DNA from: Candidatus Heimdallarchaeota archaeon
Lineage (GTDB): Archaea > Asgardarchaeota > Heimdallarchaeia > Heimdallarchaeales > Heimdallarchaeaceae
Direction: 5' to 3'
Assembly (NCBI GenBank): GCA_016839945.1
Contig: JAEOTE010000043.1
Location: 1-10,885, forward strand
DNA: 10,885 nucleotides
Made by a program: the position numbers and the translations under genes
Shown: positions 7,322-10,885 of the stretch, piece by piece
Numbering within the stretch: position 1 is the first letter of the stretch
Layout: the number at the start of each line of letters is the position of its first letter
The notes under the pieces: generated by a model
What the model was told of the DNA's origin: nothing
Databases searched by the model: none
What the model saw: only the letters and a program-made list of their open reading frames with translations

Positions 7322-8974
7322 ATGGAAACTAAAGATTCATCTATTAATCCAAATAATAAAGGTAAAATTTATGTTACAGGATTAATCCAAGGATTTAACA
7401 AAGCTGAAATTAGATACATCGTTGAACAACTAGGTTTTCAATGGTCTACAACAATTTCAAGTTTGACTCTTTTGATCATAGGTAAAAATCCAGGTCAAAA
7501 TAAGATAGAAACTGCTGATAGATTAAACATTAGAAAGCTTAGCTGGGATGAATTTGCTAAGGAATATAATTTTGAAGTTAAAAGAGAAGCTAAGCAAGAG
7601 ATAGTTCAAGATAACAATATACCTCCTCAAATTGCAGAATTAATTACTAAAACAAAAAACAAAAAAAGTCAGGCAAGACTTATAGCTTATACAAATCTAA
7701 TTGAGATTGAAGAAAACTATGTAACAGAGATTTTAGTTAAAGCTCTTACTGATGAGTTAGGAACAATAAGAAAACGAGCAATGAAGGAATTAAGAAAACG
7801 AATTCCTGAAAAATTACCATATCTACTTTTTGAACTGTTTGATCACCACAATGACTATGTTGTAAAAGATTCGGTTAATGCTTTGATAAAAGAGAAATAT
7901 CCCGATAAAATTGAACATCTCACAAAAGCATTAGAAATAAAGAAAAGAGGTTTTAGTGCTAACAAAGTTTTTGAAGAGCTTCTTAAGCTCTCTCCTCCTA
8001 ATCTTGACGAAATACTAGTTAAAACTGTTAAAGCTAATATATTTAAAGCGAGTGAAAAAGCATTTGAACTACTAAAGGAAAGGAAATATCCTAAACTAGA
8101 AGAAATAGCTCTAGGAGCAATATTCAATACTTTTAGCTCTAAATATCATAATTATCTAGAATCAAAGGGATATCAGAAACATATTCTAGAAAAAGCACTC
8201 AAAGAATATGATTCCGCTGATAAATCTATAAAATACATGATTATAGGAAAACTTGCAAAATATCACTATGATGAAAGAGCAATGAATCTTTTGGAAAGAG
8301 AATCCAATTCAAGTGATAAAAGTATAAAAAGTCATGCACAACATAATAAAGAACGAGCTGTAATATTCAAAAAAATAGATCCTTACTTAAAATTAATCCA
8401 AAGTGTAAAGAATGAAGATAAGATAGAGGGATATACACAGATTGTAAAAGAATTAGGTGAAGATTCATTTAATTATGTAAAAAATGGAATTAGAACCGAA
8501 GAAACAAATGTAAGAATTGCAATAATTAAACTTCTTGCTCCTTATAAGAATAAATATGATGTCTCTTCCTTCCTGAAACGATTTGTTAACGATCGTGACG
8601 GAAAAGTTCGAGAAAGTGTTAGAAGAATATTATATTCAAGAGATAAAGAAGTTGAAGAAAAAGTAGACAAAGCTGTAAAACTAATTGAAGATTTAAGAAG
8701 TTTAACTGAATCAACCAAAACTGAAGATTCTGAAATCAAAAAGAAGAAGACTATAATTGAATTGGGTAAAATGATGGGTAAGAAATCAGTAGATTCACTT
8801 GTTAAATTGCTAAAAGACGAAAATGCAACAATAAGAGGAAACACAGCTCGAGCTTTGGGAGAGATAGGAGATACTAAAGCTATCAAACCATTAGAAGAAC
8901 TATTGGAAACTGAAAAAAGCGATTATGTTAAACAAGAAGTAGAAGAAGCATTACAACAACTTAGGAAAAAGTAG
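7322..8974 (+). CDS. Protein C: N-terminal BRCT domain + HEAT-repeat solenoid; paralog of the C-terminal half of B2
   Basis: BRCT reads KGKIYVTG...NKAEIRYIVEQLGFQWS...GKNPGQNKIETADRLNIRKLSWDEF. It shares PEKxPYLLxEL, SPPNLDEILVK, PKLxE, YLESxG..K.ILEKA and YDSADK with B2. A canonical HEAT is at the C-terminus (LVKLLKDENATIRGNTARALGEIGDTKAIKPLEELL). Confidence 0.92.
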   Translation: METKDSSINPNNKGKIYVTGLIQGFNKAEIRYIVEQLGFQWSTTISSLTLLIIGKNPGQNKIETADRLNIRKLSWDEFAKEYNFEVKREAKQEIVQDNNIPPQIAELITKTKNKKSQARLIAYTNLIEIEENYVTEILVKALTDELGTIRKRAMKELRKRIPEKLPYLLFELFDHHNDYVVKDSVNALIKEKYPDKIEHLTKALEIKKRGFSANKVFEELLKLSPPNLDEILVKTVKANIFKASEKAFELLKERKYPKLEEIALGAIFNTFSSKYHNYLESKGYQKHILEKALKEYDSADKSIKYMIIGKLAKYHYDERAMNLLERESNSSDKSIKSHAQHNKERAVIFKKIDPYLKLIQSVKNEDKIEGYTQIVKELGEDSFNYVKNGIRTEETNVRIAIIKLLAPYKNKYDVSSFLKRFVNDRDGKVRESVRRILYSRDKEVEEKVDKAVKLIEDLRSLTESTKTEDSEIKKKKTIIELGKMMGKKSVDSLVKLLKDENATIRGNTARALGEIGDTKAIKPLEELLETEKSDYVKQEVEEALQQLRKK

Positions 8975-9139
8975 GATCAACTAATGTATAAGCTATTTTG
9001 TACCTAACATTTTTTCAGATATTCATGTACTTTGGACGTTCAATTTGGATTAATCAGTCGTTTTGTTTGATTCAGTTGAACTTCTTTTGAATAAGTTTGA
9101 AGTAAGGATAATTTTGATTTTTCTTGTAACAGAGACATA

Positions 9140-9147
9140 TTTATATT
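9140..9147 (+). promoter_or_regulatory. Putative TATA box for the redoxin/FTR pair
   Basis: TTTATATT starts 38 nt before ATG 9178 and is the same octamer as upstream of gene C. Confidence 0.4.
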
Positions 9148-9177
9148 AATTATTTTTGAAATTATCTTGGTAATTAT

Positions 9178-9495
9178 ATGAACTTTGAAGAAATTAAGAT
9201 TCCTGGAGACATAGTTGCTGTTGAAGGAGAAAAGAAAATGCATTCAGTTTTTGTGTTTGCATTAAGCACTTGTATGTGGTGTAAGAAAGGTAAACAATGG
9301 CTTAAAGACAATGGTTATACATATAGATATGTAGATGTTGATTTACTTCCTCTTGATGAAAAACGAGAACTGAAAAGTGATTTACGAGAAGTTTTTAATG
9401 TTTTATCTATCCGTTATCCGTTTTTAGTTATTGATGGGATGAATTTTTATTCTGGATTTAATATTGACAATTGGAAAGAAATGTTTTCGGAATAG
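9178..9495 (+). CDS. Glutaredoxin/NrdH-like redoxin (CxxC)
   Basis: VFALSTCMWCKKGKQWL...YRYVDVD...YPFLVIDG...GF shows a thioredoxin-fold CxxC, the cis-Pro motif and the C-terminal GF typical of Grx/NrdH proteins. Confidence 0.92.
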   Translation: MNFEEIKIPGDIVAVEGEKKMHSVFVFALSTCMWCKKGKQWLKDNGYTYRYVDVDLLPLDEKRELKSDLREVFNVLSIRYPFLVIDGMNFYSGFNIDNWKEMFSE

Positions 9496-9504
9496 TTGAT
9501 CGTT

Positions 9505-9837
9505 ATGAACAAAACCAAAACAAAAGAAGATGTCATTAAATATGTTCAAGGTGTATCTATAAAGAGAGGATGGAAGCTTAATCCTGAAACTGATTCTACA
9601 TTAGATATGTTAGTTGAAGGTTTAAGAGATTATTTCAACATGGTTGGATATTTTAATTGTCCTTGTAGAGAATCGCAAGAAGATATGAAATTAGATAGAG
9701 ATATTATGTGTCCTTGTGATTATGCACCTCTGGATATAGAGGAGTATGGTTACTGCTACTGTTCTCTATACTTTGATCCAAATTTCGATTTCTCAAAATT
9801 TGTGGAAATGATACCAGAAAGAAGATCACTTGAATAG
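9505..9837 (+). CDS. Ferredoxin:thioredoxin (disulfide/glutaredoxin) reductase catalytic subunit homolog, [4Fe-4S] + active-site disulfide; the track start is TTG 9496
   Basis: Has the diagnostic CPCR...CPC...CYC triad (GYFNCPCR, IMCPCDY, GYCYCSLY) and LNP...LVEGL upstream. It lies directly after a redoxin gene. Confidence 0.93.
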   Translation: MNKTKTKEDVIKYVQGVSIKRGWKLNPETDSTLDMLVEGLRDYFNMVGYFNCPCRESQEDMKLDRDIMCPCDYAPLDIEEYGYCYCSLYFDPNFDFSKFVEMIPERRSLE

Positions 9838-9891
9838 TTTTATTGTAGAGTTAGATAGAAAAACTACTTTACGTTTTACAGAAAAAACAAG

Positions 9892-9918
9892 GAAAAAGAA
9901 AAAGAAAAAGAAAAAAAA
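9892..9918 (-). terminator. Oligo-T archaeal-type terminator / (GAAAAA)x4 simple repeat downstream of the pmbA-like gene
   Basis: The minus strand reads T8-C-T5-C-T5-C-T5-C, starting 2 nt after the stop codon at 9921..9923, in a convergent intergenic region. Confidence 0.6.
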
Positions 9919-9920
9919 TC

Positions 9921-10885
9921 CTAACTAGTAATAGTGTGTTTTGGAAAGGTTATTGTTGGTGAATCAACTGGCCAGAATGTCATTTCTCTATCTGAACCAA
10001 TAAACATAGTGTTCTTTAATGATTCAATGTAATTTCCTGCAATACTAACAGCTTTCAGAGGATGAGAAATCTCTCCTTTTTCAATCAAGAATGATTCATT
10101 CGAGTTCACACTGAAGTCACCAGTTATAGGATTGGATGAAACAAACAAACCTATAGGTTGTCCTGTTATCAAAATACCTCTATCTAGTTCTGCAACTTGT
10201 TCATCAAGAGTTTTGTTTACATTATCTACTAGGATTTTGTTTGGACCTATTGCAGGAGAAATTTCAAAAGGAACCCCTCCTCCAAATATTCCTCCTCCTC
10301 TTTGGCAATTTCCTGTTGTTTCTTTTCCAGCTGCATGAGCGAACATCCGATTAAACAAGAAGTTCTTCAATATGCCTTTTTCAATTAATGTTGTACTTCT
10401 TTTAGGAGTTCCTTCTGCATCGATTGCTTGAGTAGCAGAATATTCCGGTTTTTGACCTTCGTCTATTAAGGTTAAATCTTTACTAGCTACTTCTTGATCA
10501 AGACTGTCTTTCCATGGATTACTTTGTTCAACATATGCGGATCCTAACATTCGTATTCTTAATGCATCAGTTATAAAACCTCCAACCTCTCTAGGTCCCC
10601 AAATTGTTGGAAGTACTTCAGTACCTTCAAATTTTTTAGCACCTAAACCTTTGAGAGCATTAGCAACAGCATTTTTTCCTATTCCTTCTAAGCTAGATAT
10701 TTCTCTTCTTGCTATGAAATCAAATGCAGATTTTCTGTCTCCTTCTCCCATTACAACCGTTGATGCATTTCCACTATAAGTGGTTAATAAAGATGAAGCT
10801 AAACATCCTTCTGTAGTAGCTATCGCATATCCTTGCCATGTGCAACCTAAACCCATTGAAAACGAAACAATTCTTTGATCTGTTC
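9921..10885 (-). CDS. pmbA: TldD/PmbA family protein, PmbA/TldE-like (non-catalytic type); 5'-truncated by the window edge
   Basis: Family motifs VASKDLTLIDEG, IDAEGTP...LIEKGILKNFL, TTGNCQR, NPITGDFS, LIEKGEI.HPLK..SIAGN are present. There is no HExxH at the expected place (FITDAL). The frame stays open upstream of ATG 10856 to the edge (...TDQRIVSFSM). Confidence 0.9.
   Translation of the reverse strand, partial: TDQRIVSFSMGLGCTWQGYAIATTEGCLASSLLTTYSGNASTVVMGEGDRKSAFDFIARREISSLEGIGKNAVANALKGLGAKKFEGTEVLPTIWGPREVGGFITDALRIRMLGSAYVEQSNPWKDSLDQEVASKDLTLIDEGQKPEYSATQAIDAEGTPKRSTTLIEKGILKNFLFNRMFAHAAGKETTGNCQRGGGIFGGGVPFEISPAIGPNKILVDNVNKTLDEQVAELDRGILITGQPIGLFVSSNPITGDFSVNSNESFLIEKGEISHPLKAVSIAGNYIESLKNTMFIGSDREMTFWPVDSPTITFPKHTITS

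Noticed and set aside
7855-8886. Minus-strand ORFs 7855..8127 and 8542..8886
   Set aside because: Antisense shadows of gene C, with Ser/Phe/Leu-rich artifact composition.
9040-9243. 67-aa minus-strand ORF as given in the track
   Set aside because: Its first part overlaps the redoxin start and promoter. Only the internal 32-codon part is kept as a weak candidate.
10132-10338. 68-aa plus-strand Pro-rich ORF
   Set aside because: Antisense to Gly-rich codons of the pmbA-like gene.
9921-10885. Catalytic TldD protease
   Set aside because: The HExxxH zinc motif is absent, so a PmbA/TldE-like call was preferred.

Overview
Strongly AT-rich, archaeal-looking window with BRE/TATA-like promoters and T-tract terminators. 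Asgard/Heimdallarchaeia affinity is an inference from gene content only. The left ~9 kb is a paralog-rich accessory locus built from a duplicated two-gene cassette. Each cassette has a ~180-aa unknown protein (A1 178..735; A2 4428..4970) followed by a large protein (B1 855..4334; B2 4967..7141). B1 and B2 share a ~240-270-aa N-terminal domain I do not recognise (GFHFKKG, YYEP, DIQxF..CY, EPxYxDS..IF..YW) but have different C-terminal cargo: a long HEAT solenoid in B1, and tandem ligase/RFC1-type BRCT domains plus HEAT repeats in B2. A stand-alone gene C (7322..8974) is a paralog of B2's BRCT+HEAT part without the N-terminal domain. Both cassettes keep the same promoter element at identical spacing. 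The right end is housekeeping-like: a CxxC glutaredoxin/NrdH-like redoxin, a ferredoxin:thioredoxin reductase catalytic-subunit homolog, and a convergent, 5'-truncated PmbA/TldE-family gene. A divergent gene start lies at the left edge.
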